From positions 2,441,142 to 2,505,141 of the forward strand of contig OZ244825.1 of the NCBI GenBank assembly GCA_965220385.1: a stretch of DNA of 64,000 bases, read 5' to 3'. This document shows positions 18,545 through 28,547 of the stretch, in pieces. Every line of letters starts with the position of its first letter. The first letter of the stretch is position 1. Source of the DNA: Candidatus Poribacteria bacterium. Its GTDB lineage: Bacteria > Poribacteria > WGA-4E > PCPOR2b. The notes beneath the pieces are model-generated. The model was not told the DNA's origin, ran no database searches, and saw only the letters and a list, made by a program, of their open reading frames with translations. A program made the position numbers and the translations under genes.

Positions 18545-20167
18545 CTACCTGTAGCAGACATGTAATTCAACCTTTTCAATCTGGATATGTCCGAAAGCCG
18601 CAGGTAGCTGCTGCTTTAACCCCACACCGACGAGATTGGCGCCCACCGCAAGGTAACCCGGTTTTACAGCAAAAATCAGCCAATTCTTAAAGGTCTCATT
18701 TGAAGTTTCTACTGTTTCAGTGTGAGGAGCATCGAGAAGGATGTTATTCAACCTCACCTCGACCCTTGATCCAAGGGTCTCAAGTCTTTCGTCCAAAGAT
18801 AAAGCCTCACCCGCCTCATCAGAGATAGCTATTCGTAGCGTTATCTGATCAATTTCTGTTGAAGCAGCGTTCACATCATCTGCTACGTTCAGCGTGAGCA
18901 GCCTGTCTTCCTTACCATCACCCTCCAACGCTGCGGGCAATGATGCTAGCATGTTGGTCTGGAAATACATGTGCCGAGGGGTATTCCAGTTCGCCGGCGA
19001 TGGCACGACATATTCAGCGTGTCCACCGCCGCGCCGTTCAACAAAAAATACCTTGTCCACCTCTTTGAGCGTTGCGGGTCTGCCAATTTCACTGAAGATT
19101 TTGCGCTGCGTTTGCCACCTGGGCGAGGGGCTAAGATCCAGATTTTCTGCCGATTGTGGGGAGGACACCATTAAATTGAAGGTGTGCATACCGTCCGGAT
19201 TCTGACGCCACCAGTTTGCGCAGGCTCCGCGCCAGATTTCGAGGTCCGGTTCTCTATACCCATCGGTGGAGTGGTGATCGTCAAAGCTGGGGTAGAGTTT
19301 GATAGGGGTTTCGTTGGTGATATGGCGAAAGGCAGCGATATCCGCGTTCGCCGTGCGTGTGCCAACCACGAAAATATCGACCAGAAAATCTTGTGCCCAA
19401 GCTTCCACGTCCATACCGTCGAAGTGGCAGCCCATGGGATCTTCCGGAACGCGGGCTGCCAACAGCAATGGTCGTCCACGTTTTTCCCCAATGTCGAGCA
19501 GTGTGGTGCGTATATCGCGCATGAAATCGGTCAGTATATCACGGTGCAACCACTGCTCCTCCGGGAACAGCACCGGGATCCGTGCGAAATCGATATGGAT
19601 GCCGTCGAAGTCGTACATCTCCGCTACTTCGCGTACTACGTTCAGCTTCAGGTCACGAACCCCCTTAAAGGAAAAATTCCAGTAGGGGTGCCACTTATAA
19701 ATTAGCCAGTCCGGATGCTCAGCTTTTAACGGAATCGGCTGATCAAACGGGCGAGGCGGATCAAACATATCGTCGTTGTCCGATCCGTTGATTCGGTAGG
19801 AGAAAAAAACCTCCCGTCCACGTTTCTTTGCCTCGGTCAACAGTACCTCCACCGGATCTATGCCGATTTCCCACCACCTCGGAAAGACATTCTCGGTATA
19901 CGGAATCACGTCACTGGGCCAGACCGCTGTATTCCCTTCACCCCACTCAAACCAGATGCTGTCGATCTGGTTCGGATGTTGGTCAAGGCGACTCATGTAA
20001 AAGTCGATGATTTTCTTTAACCGTTCTGTTCCAACCTCATCAGTCCTGAATACGTCGTTAGCCAACACATCGTCTTGGAAGATAATTCGACGCTGCCGGT
20101 TGATAGCTTCAATATGTTCGGGGCTGATAGTCAGTCCGTTATGAGCCGCTGCATCTGATGAATTCAT
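18545..20167 (-). CDS. glycoside-hydrolase-like family 10 (GHL10/DUF187-type TIM barrel) protein
   Basis: The motif DGIHIDFARIP matches the GHL10 DG(V/I)HLDYIRYP signature. The start is MNSSD with a GGAG RBS 6 nt upstream. Confidence 0.5.
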   Translation of the reverse strand: MNSSDAAAHNGLTISPEHIEAINRQRRIIFQDDVLANDVFRTDEVGTERLKKIIDFYMSRLDQHPNQIDSIWFEWGEGNTAVWPSDVIPYTENVFPRWWEIGIDPVEVLLTEAKKRGREVFFSYRINGSDNDDMFDPPRPFDQPIPLKAEHPDWLIYKWHPYWNFSFKGVRDLKLNVVREVAEMYDFDGIHIDFARIPVLFPEEQWLHRDILTDFMRDIRTTLLDIGEKRGRPLLLAARVPEDPMGCHFDGMDVEAWAQDFLVDIFVVGTRTANADIAAFRHITNETPIKLYPSFDDHHSTDGYREPDLEIWRGACANWWRQNPDGMHTFNLMVSSPQSAENLDLSPSPRWQTQRKIFSEIGRPATLKEVDKVFFVERRGGGHAEYVVPSPANWNTPRHMYFQTNMLASLPAALEGDGKEDRLLTLNVADDVNAASTEIDQITLRIAISDEAGEALSLDERLETLGSRVEVRLNNILLDAPHTETVETSNETFKNWLIFAVKPGYLAVGANLVGVGLKQQLPAAFGHIQIEKVELHVCYR

Positions 20168-20420
20168 AATAGTCTCCAGCGATTTCAAAGTCTTGCGTCC
20201 AGTTACGGATAGCATAGTTGCATCAGAAATTATATCAAAACCAAGAGAGATTTAGAACAGAAATCGTGAGTTGACAGGAGCCCACAGAGCGAACGCGGAT
20301 TCAACATTTTGCTCATTTTTCTGGCATAGCCCATGTTAAGAAGTTGTGCGACAGAATCGGTACTTCCTATCCCGACTGTACTCAGAAACTGATGAACAGT
20401 GGTGTTCACGTTTTACAGCC

Positions 20421-20580
20421 TGTCCCGCCTGCCTGCTCCCGGCTTGTCGGAGTCCCGCCTGTCCCGCCTGTCCCGATTTATCGGGGATTTATCGGGGATT
20501 CATCGGGCCTGCCCCGCCTGTCCCGATTTATCGGGGATCCTATCGGGCCTGTCCCGATTTATCGGGGGGATTTATCGGGG
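20421..20580. repeat. composite intergenic palindromic repeat element (family A; core GTCCCGATTTATCGGGGA units)
   Basis: Multiple units of CCCGCCTGTCCCGATTTATCGGGGAT sit in a divergent intergenic region. The same modules recur at 36731..36818 and, reverse-complemented, at 46796..46950. Confidence 0.8.
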
Positions 20581-20607
20581 CATCACGTTTCGCGCTTATT
20601 TTGTCTG

Positions 20608-20636
20608 TTGACAGGTGCTGGATTCTTGTGTATGAT
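20608..20636 (+). promoter_or_regulatory. sigma70-type promoter, TTGACA-17 nt-TATGAT, upstream of the Ldh_2-PhyH-PhyH-VOC cluster
   Basis: Exact TTGACA at 20608-20613, a 17-nt spacer, and TATGAT at 20631-20636. The start codon lies about 60 nt downstream with a GAGGAGAAGGAG RBS. Confidence 0.6.
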
Positions 20637-20696
20637 AGTTATCACGACTGACGTAGTTCGATCTCGCTACACGTTAGAGGAGAAGGAGTCAAAGCT

Positions 20697-21773
20697 ATGG
20701 CAGAAATGCACTGTTTCAACGCAAGCTATCTGCATGCAGTGACGCGACAACTGTTTCTGGCAGCGGATACGCCGCGTCATATCGCTGAGGATGTCGCTGA
20801 AATCTTGATTAACGCCAACCTCGCTGGGCACGATTCGCACGGCGTGCTCCGCATCCCCGGCTATCTAAGCAGTATCTCAAGTGGGGGGACTCAACCTGCC
20901 GCTGAACCAGGGGTGTCCAACGAAACCACCAATACCTTCCGTATTGACGGGAGGGACGGTTTTGGACACTACACTGCTCGACAGGCAATGGAACGGGCGA
21001 TTGAGAAGGCAAAGGCTGCGGATACCTGTGCTGTGAGTTTTATCAATACCGGGCATATCGGTCGACTCGGTGAATATGCGGAGCAGGCGACACGTGCGGG
21101 GTGTATCGGCATCATCACCTATGGCGGCGGTGCACGGGACAGAGGGGGTACTGTGCCTTTCGGGGGCGCGCGCGGTGCTCTCGGCACCAATCCGATTGCG
21201 GTCGGTGTGCCAACCGGGGACGACTGTCCATTCATCATTGATTTTGCTACCAGTATGATTGCCGCGGGTAAAGTTTCGGTCGCTGCAAGCATGGGTGTTG
21301 ATCTGCCTGAAGGTTGTATTGTGGACAAGCACGGCAACCCTAGCGTTAAGACAGCGGACTTCAGTGATGGCGGATCTCTGTTAGCGTTTGGTGGGCATAA
21401 GGGTTACGCATTCTCCCTCCTTGTATCCTTGTTCGCCGGTCTGTCTGGTAACTTTGATATTGAGGCCGCTTCCATGGGCAGTAACACGTTGATGCAGGTT
21501 ATCAACATCAGTGCCTTTACGCCATTAGAACCTTACCAACAGGGGGTTCGCGCGTTTCTCGACGGAATTAAGGCTATACCATCTGCACCCGGTTTTGACG
21601 AAGTGCTGGTTCCGGGTGACTTTGAATATCGTTCCCGCTCCCAACGACTTGCTGACGGGGTCAATGTTCCCGATACTATCTATCGTCAACTTCAGGAATG
21701 CGCGGAAAAATTGAACTTCTCCCTGAGCGAAGATCTTGTCGAACCCGCCGATGCGGAACGATACCAAACGTGA
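20697..21773 (+). CDS. Ldh_2-family (malate/L-lactate dehydrogenase family 2) NAD(P)H-dependent oxidoreductase
   Basis: The 358-aa ORF carries the GHDSHG motif typical of the Ldh_2 family, which includes ureidoglycolate, sulfolactate and Pip2C/Pyr2C reductases. Confidence 0.8.
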   Translation: MAEMHCFNASYLHAVTRQLFLAADTPRHIAEDVAEILINANLAGHDSHGVLRIPGYLSSISSGGTQPAAEPGVSNETTNTFRIDGRDGFGHYTARQAMERAIEKAKAADTCAVSFINTGHIGRLGEYAEQATRAGCIGIITYGGGARDRGGTVPFGGARGALGTNPIAVGVPTGDDCPFIIDFATSMIAAGKVSVAASMGVDLPEGCIVDKHGNPSVKTADFSDGGSLLAFGGHKGYAFSLLVSLFAGLSGNFDIEAASMGSNTLMQVINISAFTPLEPYQQGVRAFLDGIKAIPSAPGFDEVLVPGDFEYRSRSQRLADGVNVPDTIYRQLQECAEKLNFSLSEDLVEPADAERYQT

Positions 21774-21789
21774 AACGGAGGAAAATACT

Positions 21790-22650
21790 ATGGATGCCGA
21801 ATGTTTACAGCACGTTCTGACAGAGGAAGAGCGCGCCAATTTTGAGCGGGACGGATTCATTGTGGTCAAGGATGCCCTGCCGGCTTCAATGGTTGAAGGG
21901 CTTGTTGAGGTAGTAGACCGTCTTGGTGCCTGCGAAGACTTTCTGGGGAAGGATGATCTACTGCTGGAACTCATCGATTGGCACCGGACATTTCCCAAAG
22001 TTTGGGGAATTCTCGGCTGGAACATCCACTCCTACTACACGCAGATGCTCGTTACGCCTCCAGAGGATGAGGAGCACCAACGTACAAAGCACAGACGAGG
22101 CTGGCATCAGGACAGCGACCGCATAAACGCCGATATCGAGCCGGGACCCCAGCCACGTATCTCAATCAAAGTGGGATACTTCTTGACAGATCTCACACAG
22201 GGTGGATACGGCAACTTTAGCGTGCTCCCTGGGAGCCAGCTCAAAAGAGAGATTGAATTACCTGCCGATGGGGTTTCGGATCCAGAGGAAGCGATAGAGA
22301 TTAAAGGACCGGCGGGGACTGCGGTCATTTTCGATCGGCGACTCTTTCACGCACGCGGCTGGAACCTGTCCGAGGTGACACGAAAGGTCCTGTTCGTAGG
22401 CTACAGCCATCGATGGATCCATCCGAGAGATGAGCGAACGGTAGCGCATGTTATGGAGCGTTCTAATCCAATCCGCAGACAGCTGCTCGGTGCGAAAACA
22501 CGGGCAATGGGCACCTCATCGCCTTCGGACAAGGACGTCCCGCTTCGTTCCTGGATTAAGGAACATTTGGGCGAAGAGGTAGTTACCGATAACTACGCTC
22601 GCATTGTTGGTGCACCTTCGGTAACTTTTGGACGAAACCACACCCAGTGA
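21790..22650 (+). CDS. PhyH-family Fe(II)/2OG dioxygenase (first member of a tandem pair)
   Basis: The start MDAECLQH follows a GGAGG RBS. It is about 65-70% identical to the next ORF and contains HxD (WHQDSD) and a distal His. Confidence 0.75.
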   Translation: MDAECLQHVLTEEERANFERDGFIVVKDALPASMVEGLVEVVDRLGACEDFLGKDDLLLELIDWHRTFPKVWGILGWNIHSYYTQMLVTPPEDEEHQRTKHRRGWHQDSDRINADIEPGPQPRISIKVGYFLTDLTQGGYGNFSVLPGSQLKREIELPADGVSDPEEAIEIKGPAGTAVIFDRRLFHARGWNLSEVTRKVLFVGYSHRWIHPRDERTVAHVMERSNPIRRQLLGAKTRAMGTSSPSDKDVPLRSWIKEHLGEEVVTDNYARIVGAPSVTFGRNHTQ

Positions 22651-22772
22651 TTTGTCATAACCACGCAAGTTGACAAGTTTGCCGTAGAAGCTTTACCTCG
22701 ATTAGGGACGGATATGTGAAAGATTGAGTTCCATTCGACAAAAACCAATCGGATGGAGTGAGGAGGTTGATC

Positions 22773-23597
22773 ATGGATAGCGCATGTTTGGAACACTGTT
22801 TAACAGAGCAAGAGCGTACCCAGTTTGAACGAGATGGATTCATTGTAATCGAGAACGCACTTCCAGCGCAAATGGTTGAAGGGCTTATCAATGCTGTGGA
22901 CAGCGTGAAAGCCGGCGTGGATTTCATAGGCAAAGATGATCGATTCCTAGAACTGGTCGATTGGCACCGAACCTTTCCCAAAGTCTGGGGCATACTCGGC
23001 TGGAACATCCATCTGTACCACACACATATCACAGTGACGCCGCCAGTACCATTGGAAGATAGGCCCTCAAAGAAGCGCCTTCACTGGCATCAGGACAGTG
23101 GTCGCGTGAATTTAGACATTGAAACGATACCCGCACCACGCATTTCTGTGAAGATAGGCTATTTCCTAACCGATGTTTCTGAAGGAGGACGGGGTAACTT
23201 TAGCGTGATACCCGGTAGCCATCTGGTGGATGAGGTTGAATATCCCGCCGATGGTGTTTCCAATCCACCGGAGGCGCATGAGGTTCGCGTCCCTGCGGGC
23301 ACAGCGGTCATCTTTGACCGTCGGATTTGGCATGCGGGCGGGTGGAATTTCTCGGATATTACACGCAAGGTGCTATTCGTTGGCTACAGTCTCCGATGGT
23401 TCCATCCGAGGGATGCGATGACCGTCTCTCACTACATGGATCGATGCGATGCGATCCAGCGGCAGTTGCTCGGCTCGAAAACTGGTAACTTAGGACTAAC
23501 GTCGCCGAGAGAGGAAGATGTTCCGCTTCGTGAATGGATGCGAGAGCACTTGGGTGAGGAGTCAATCGCTGATCGTTCAGCCAGAAATCTCACGTAA
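22773..23597 (+). CDS. PhyH-family Fe(II)/2OG dioxygenase (second member of the tandem pair)
   Basis: The start MDSACLEH follows a GAGGAGG RBS. It is a paralog of 21790..22650. Confidence 0.75.
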   Translation: MDSACLEHCLTEQERTQFERDGFIVIENALPAQMVEGLINAVDSVKAGVDFIGKDDRFLELVDWHRTFPKVWGILGWNIHLYHTHITVTPPVPLEDRPSKKRLHWHQDSGRVNLDIETIPAPRISVKIGYFLTDVSEGGRGNFSVIPGSHLVDEVEYPADGVSNPPEAHEVRVPAGTAVIFDRRIWHAGGWNFSDITRKVLFVGYSLRWFHPRDAMTVSHYMDRCDAIQRQLLGSKTGNLGLTSPREEDVPLREWMREHLGEESIADRSARNLT

Positions 23598-23678
23598 CCC
23601 TTTCGCGCCGATCTACATAAATGCAGCTGCGCGAACTGGCTGTTTGGATTGACGGCGACTTAGGAAAGGAAGGCCCTT

Positions 23679-24107
23679 ATGGGTAATGCTAAGCTCGTTT
23701 TTGAGCATATCCACATTATCAGTGAAGACCCGCAGGTCGCTGCCGAATGGTATGTAGACATGCTGGGCGGAGAAATCGCTGAGACGTATGAACTCCGTGG
23801 TGCCCCTCAAATTGCCGTTGTTTTTGAGGGGATAACTCTCCTTATCCGCGGGCGGCGACCGGGTGAAAGTCCGGACAAGACAAACAGTATACAATCCTTC
23901 GGGGATTTTGCCAGCCACAATGAGTGGGGTATGGATCACTTTGCCTTCCTTGTACACGGAGACCTCACGGAGTTCTGTAACGAACTGAAGAAGAAAGGTG
24001 CTACTTTCTCTATCGAACCTCACGATTCAATTGGCAGTACTTGGGGCGGTAGTCTTGCCTATCTTAATGCCCCTGACGGGGTGAGTGTAGAGCTGCTCCA
24101 AGCGTAA
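23679..24107 (+). CDS. VOC-family (glyoxalase/bleomycin-resistance/extradiol-dioxygenase fold) protein
   Basis: The 142-aa ORF has the two-module beta-alpha-beta-beta-beta pattern, with His/Glu metal positions in HIHIIS…E and HFAFLV…E. Confidence 0.7.
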   Translation: MGNAKLVFEHIHIISEDPQVAAEWYVDMLGGEIAETYELRGAPQIAVVFEGITLLIRGRRPGESPDKTNSIQSFGDFASHNEWGMDHFAFLVHGDLTEFCNELKKKGATFSIEPHDSIGSTWGGSLAYLNAPDGVSVELLQA

Positions 24108-24289
24108 ATATGACGCGAATTAAACATTATCGTCTGAAAATTGAGTTTTCCAATCCCTGACCCGCTAACAGGTTAATTGAGACTTGACTTCTACGGAGTG
24201 GATGTGTTACAGTTACGCATATTGTTTGTACTCAACCATTGTTTAAGTGTTGACTGCCATCTACAGCAGGATATTAAGGAGATTAAATA

Positions 24290-24418
24290 ATGTACCGTCC
24301 ACAGCTTATCAACAATCGTTTCTCTTCGCGGCTTAGCGGATTTCTCAATCTAGCTTTGTTCCGATTGCGTCTCGATTTGACCTTGCTGCGCGTGGTGGGC
24401 GGTAGTGCACCGGATTAA
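24290..24418 (+). CDS. candidate 42-aa small ORF (Leu/Arg-rich) with strong SD; hypothetical
   Basis: TAAGGAGAttaaataATG, then 42 codons, then TAA. A rho-independent terminator follows about 35 nt downstream. The ORF is below the size cutoff of the ORF track. Confidence 0.2.
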   Translation: MYRPQLINNRFSSRLSGFLNLALFRLRLDLTLLRVVGGSAPD

Positions 24419-24451
24419 TATACAAGCAGACTTACTTGTAATCCCTTGACT

Positions 24452-24497
24452 AACAGCCCATCATCGAGCCGCTTTCGATGGTGGGCTTTTTATTTAT
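24452..24497 (+). terminator. rho-independent terminator
   Basis: Stem CCCATCATCGA/TCGATGGTGGG with a GCCGCTT loop, followed by CTTTTTATTTATTT. Confidence 0.55.
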
Positions 24498-24887
24498 TTG
24501 AGGGGTGCTCATAAGTTGCTTTCGATGTGGCAGGTAGGATCAAGACCTGCCACACACCACCCTCGGTATTGTGGCGCGAAGGTGCCATGCCCAAATCCAG
24601 TGAGGACGCGCCTTGAGCGATGATCCTCCCTGATTTTTAGGAGTGAATTTACGGTTGTAATTTGGCAGGGAAACAGCAGAGCAAAAAAACAATGGCCGCA
24701 GCCGCTTGTGGGGCAGATTAGGAAATCTGCCTCCACGTATGGCAGTGGTTCTGCAGGTCGAGATTCATATCTCGACACTGCGGTGTCGATTTTGGAAAAT
24801 CGACCTACAACTCGGTTGCATTTGGAAGGTTATAGATGACGTCCATTGATTCCCTAGTGCTTTTACAAATTTCTCTAAGAGACAACA

Positions 24888-24916
24888 TTGCATTTTATCA
24901 ATTAGTTCAGTATAAT
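24888..24916 (+). promoter_or_regulatory. sigma70-type promoter, TTGCAT-17 nt-TATAAT, upstream of leuS
   Basis: TTGCAT at 24888-24893 and TATAAT at 24911-24916 lie about 100 nt upstream of the leuS start (RBS GAGGAG). Confidence 0.5.
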
Positions 24917-25013
24917 TTGACAGAACGAATGTGAACCGAACTAGAACACTATACAGATGTACTATCCCGAGAAATACCCGTGCTATAGAAAAGACAACTT
25001 GAGGAGATTTTAG

Positions 25014-27563
25014 ATGCAAAGACACACTTATGACCCTGCCGCTATTGAACCGAAATGGCAAAACATTTGGGAGGAACGTAAGACGTTTCGTACGCCGGAC
25101 GATCCCAGAGCGTGGGAGGGAAAACCGAAGTACTATATCCTCGATATGTTTCCTTACACCTCCGGCGCAGGGCTCCATATTGGACACCCCGAAGGCTACA
25201 CAGCTACAGATGTGCTGGCGCGTATGAAGCGGATGCAGGGCTACAATGTGCTGCACCCAATGGGTTGGGATTCGTTTGGGCTAACCATTGAACGCACCGC
25301 GGAGCGGGAAAACATCCATCCTGCCATCGTCACGGAGCGCAACATCGATAAGTTTCGTCAGCAGATTAAGCAGATCGGTTTCTCGTATGATTGGGACAGA
25401 GAGGTGAGCACTTCCGCGCCCAACTACTATAAATGGACACAATGGATCTTCCTCAAGCTTCATGAGAAAGGATTGGCATACCTCGCCGATGTACCGGTCA
25501 ACTGGTGTCCTGCGTTAGGAACAGTTCTTTCTAACGAGGAGGTCAAGGATGGAAAGTATGTAGAAACCGGTGATCCCGTTGAGCGGCGGTTGATGCGGCA
25601 GTGGATGCTGAAAATTACTGCCTATGCTGACCGACTCTTAGAGGATATTGAAGAGGTGGACTGGCCCGAAGGTATCAAGGAGATGCAACGGAATTGGATC
25701 GGAAAGTCAGAGGGGGTAGACGTAGATTTTGCAATCAAGGACACCGACGCCGAATTTACCGTTTTCACAACGCGACCCGATACGCTATTTGGTGCAACAT
25801 ATTGCGTCTTTGCACCGGAGCATCCATTAGTTGAGCAGATGACAACGGATGCGCAGCGGTCTGCTGTGCAGGCGTATGTTGACGAGGCGAAAAACAAAAC
25901 AGATCTCCAGCGGACGGATCTCGCCAAAGAGAAAACCGGTGTTTTCACGGGTGCCTATGCGATCAACCCCGCAAATGATAAAGCGATCCCAATTTGGGTT
26001 GCCGACTATGTGCTGATGGGTTACGGTACAGGCGCAATCATGGCGGTTCCCGCTGAGGATGATCGTGACTGGGACTTCGCAAAGACATTTGATCTGCCAA
26101 TCGTTCGGACTGTGCAACCGCCAAGCGATTTCGGGGACGAACCGTATCTCGGCGATGGTCCCTCAATTAACAGCGGGTTCCTTAACGGACTGAATATTCA
26201 GGAGTCGAAAGAACGGATGACCCAATGGCTTGAAAGTGAAGGGAGAGGGAGTGCCCAAGTACAGTACCGCTTGCGCGATTGGCTCTTTTCCCGCCAACGC
26301 TATTGGGGAGAACCCTTCCCCACTGTGGAGTTAGAAGATGGGACAATTATGCCCCTACCTGAGGGCGAGCTTCCAGTGGAACTGCCCCCTATTGATGAAT
26401 ATAGACCCACCGCGGATGGTAAGCCGCCCCTCGCTCGCGCCTCGGACGACTGGCTGATGATTACCCTACCAGATGGACGGAAAGGGGTGCGGGAAACAAA
26501 TACAATGCCCCAGTGGGCGGGATCTTGCTGGTATTACCTGCGATACATGGACGCCCATAACACGAGCGAAGCGTGGTCTGCCGAAGCAGAGCGATATTGG
26601 ATGCCGGTGGATCTCTATGTCGGTGGCGCCGAACACGCTGTCCTACACCTGCTCTACGCGCGTTTTTGGCACAAGGTACTGTATGATTGCGGTCTTGTTT
26701 CTACGAAAGAGCCGTTCCAAAAACTGTTCAATCAAGGGATGATCCTCGCCTACTCCTATCAGGACGACAACGGGAAATATTACTCGCCTCACGAGGTAGA
26801 AGAGCGAGATGGAGAGTGGGTTGTCAAGGAGTCCGGGGTGCGGACAAACACGCAGATCGAAAAGATGTCCAAATCTCGTTTCAATGTCGTAACGCCGGAG
26901 GAGGTCATCGAAGAGTATGGAGCGGACGCGCTGCGCCTCTATGAACTCTTTATTGGTCCCCTCAGCGTCAGCGCACCGTGGCAGACGCGCGGTGTGGAAG
27001 GTGTCTATCGATTCCTGCAGCGGGTGTGGCGGCTGGCGATTGACGAGGACACCGGGCAACTGAGCGGTAAGCTGACCGATGCGCCCATTGATAGTGATAA
27101 GGAACTGTGGAAAGTGCTAAATCAGACCATCAAGGATGTCACCGAGGATACGGAATCAATCGACAAGATGAACACCGCTATCAGTCACATGATGGTGTTT
27201 GTCAATGCAGCGACACAGGCGACAACAGTATCGAAAGAAACGATGAAGACATTCCTGCGGCTGCTCTCTCCCTACGCCCCACATATCGCTGAGGAGATTT
27301 GGCAGCGGTTCGGGGAGGCCGAGTTAATTGCGTACGCCCCTTGGCCCACCCACGATCCCGATGTCCTTAAGCGCGAGGAGGTCACCATCGTTGTCCAGGT
27401 CAACGGCAAATTGCGCAGCCGAATCGAACTACCCGTTGATGCAACCAACGAGGAGGTTGAGGCAGCAGCCCTCGCCGACGACCGTATCCAAAAGCATATT
27501 GAAGGGAAGACGGTGAGGAAGTTCATCGTTGTGCCTAACCGACTCGCGAATATTGTGGTTTGA
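25014..27563 (+). CDS. leuS: leucine--tRNA ligase
   Basis: The 849-aa ORF has a HIGH motif (HIGHPEGY), a KMSKS motif (KMSKSRFN), and CP1 editing and anticodon-binding domains. The architecture is typical of bacterial LeuRS. Confidence 0.97.
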   Translation: MQRHTYDPAAIEPKWQNIWEERKTFRTPDDPRAWEGKPKYYILDMFPYTSGAGLHIGHPEGYTATDVLARMKRMQGYNVLHPMGWDSFGLTIERTAERENIHPAIVTERNIDKFRQQIKQIGFSYDWDREVSTSAPNYYKWTQWIFLKLHEKGLAYLADVPVNWCPALGTVLSNEEVKDGKYVETGDPVERRLMRQWMLKITAYADRLLEDIEEVDWPEGIKEMQRNWIGKSEGVDVDFAIKDTDAEFTVFTTRPDTLFGATYCVFAPEHPLVEQMTTDAQRSAVQAYVDEAKNKTDLQRTDLAKEKTGVFTGAYAINPANDKAIPIWVADYVLMGYGTGAIMAVPAEDDRDWDFAKTFDLPIVRTVQPPSDFGDEPYLGDGPSINSGFLNGLNIQESKERMTQWLESEGRGSAQVQYRLRDWLFSRQRYWGEPFPTVELEDGTIMPLPEGELPVELPPIDEYRPTADGKPPLARASDDWLMITLPDGRKGVRETNTMPQWAGSCWYYLRYMDAHNTSEAWSAEAERYWMPVDLYVGGAEHAVLHLLYARFWHKVLYDCGLVSTKEPFQKLFNQGMILAYSYQDDNGKYYSPHEVEERDGEWVVKESGVRTNTQIEKMSKSRFNVVTPEEVIEEYGADALRLYELFIGPLSVSAPWQTRGVEGVYRFLQRVWRLAIDEDTGQLSGKLTDAPIDSDKELWKVLNQTIKDVTEDTESIDKMNTAISHMMVFVNAATQATTVSKETMKTFLRLLSPYAPHIAEEIWQRFGEAELIAYAPWPTHDPDVLKREEVTIVVQVNGKLRSRIELPVDATNEEVEAAALADDRIQKHIEGKTVRKFIVVPNRLANIVV

Positions 27564-27670
27564 TTTGAACCAGCGCCGTGAAGATGCAGTGTTGGTTGTG
27601 GAGTACGTTTCGGGCAGTGAAAGCGACGAGAAGAAGCAGGGAAAACCTTTCCATATAGAGGAGGCGTCTC

Positions 27671-28489
27671 ATGCTCACAGAACAACAGGTCAGTCACTTT
27701 AACACCTTTGGATTCCTGATCTTCCGGCAATTATTTAACCCGGAGGAGATAAAAACCATCAATGCTGAAGTTGAGTCGAGGCTCGCGTCTACGAAACGCT
27801 TTACAGCTCCCGATGACGCTCCCGCCTATATGAGTTGGCCCAATTTAGGTCCCGATACATCTTTCCTCGCAGGGTTGCCGGAGGACCCGCGCATCTGCGG
27901 CACAGCGGAGCAGCTGTACGGAGAAGATGCGATTGGTCTCTCTTGCAATGCTGGCAGCTACGTGAACCAAACCCACTGGCACCCCGATGCCAGCGATTTC
28001 CACCTTTACGGGTTCAAATTTGCTCTCTACCTACAACCTCTGAGAGCGCACGACGGCGCATTACGGTTCATTCTGGGTTCGCATCGCAGACCCTTTCACG
28101 ATGAAGTCCACCAGAATATTGGTGACTCAGTGCAGAACGTGGGTGATTTTCCTGCCTACGTCTGTGAGACAGAACCGGGGGATGTCGTCGCTTTTGACTT
28201 TCATCTCTGGCACGCCAGTTCGGGTGGTTCGACAGATCGACGTATGGTCTCGATTATCTTCATCAGGAATCCTCAAACTCCCGAAGAGGAGAAAGCTACC
28301 CGCAAAGCCGCCGTGGAAAATGTCCAACTCCGAGCAACGCTCGCTCGAAATACCTTTGATACACCCGGACCAGAATACCATCCCCACTGGCTCGAAAATC
28401 CTCGAAAGAGCCCAAAGCGACAGCATTGGATAGATCGGATGGGGGAATTGGGGTATCTGAACGCACCCCAGCCTTTATCAACGAGTTGA
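27671..28489 (+). CDS. PhyH-family Fe(II)/2OG dioxygenase (first member of a second tandem pair)
   Basis: The start MLTEQQVSHF follows a GAGGAGG RBS. Motifs HWHPD and GSHRR are present. Confidence 0.75.
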   Translation: MLTEQQVSHFNTFGFLIFRQLFNPEEIKTINAEVESRLASTKRFTAPDDAPAYMSWPNLGPDTSFLAGLPEDPRICGTAEQLYGEDAIGLSCNAGSYVNQTHWHPDASDFHLYGFKFALYLQPLRAHDGALRFILGSHRRPFHDEVHQNIGDSVQNVGDFPAYVCETEPGDVVAFDFHLWHASSGGSTDRRMVSIIFIRNPQTPEEEKATRKAAVENVQLRATLARNTFDTPGPEYHPHWLENPRKSPKRQHWIDRMGELGYLNAPQPLSTS

Positions 28490-28547
28490 TAGATATTCGT
28501 ATCACACATCACGAAGAAAGACTGTAACCATTTAGGGGAGGTATACT

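Noticed and set aside
20344-20742. Three overlapping plus-strand ORFs (70-132 aa) with Pro/Cys/Arg-rich low-complexity translations
   Set aside because: They are translations of the family-A palindromic repeat element (CCCGCCTGTCCCGATTTATCGGGGAT units) in all three frames. They have no RBS and are the same repeat seen non-coding at 36731 and 46796.
24497-24870. Possible tmRNA or RNase P RNA in the long spacer upstream of leuS (GGGG…TTCGA-like 5' end)
   Set aside because: There is no tRNA-like 3' end (T-arm/CCA), no tag-peptide reading frame ending in AA-stop, and no RNase P conserved GGAAAGTCCGG/ACAGAAA blocks. The region is kept only as an unclassified structured region.
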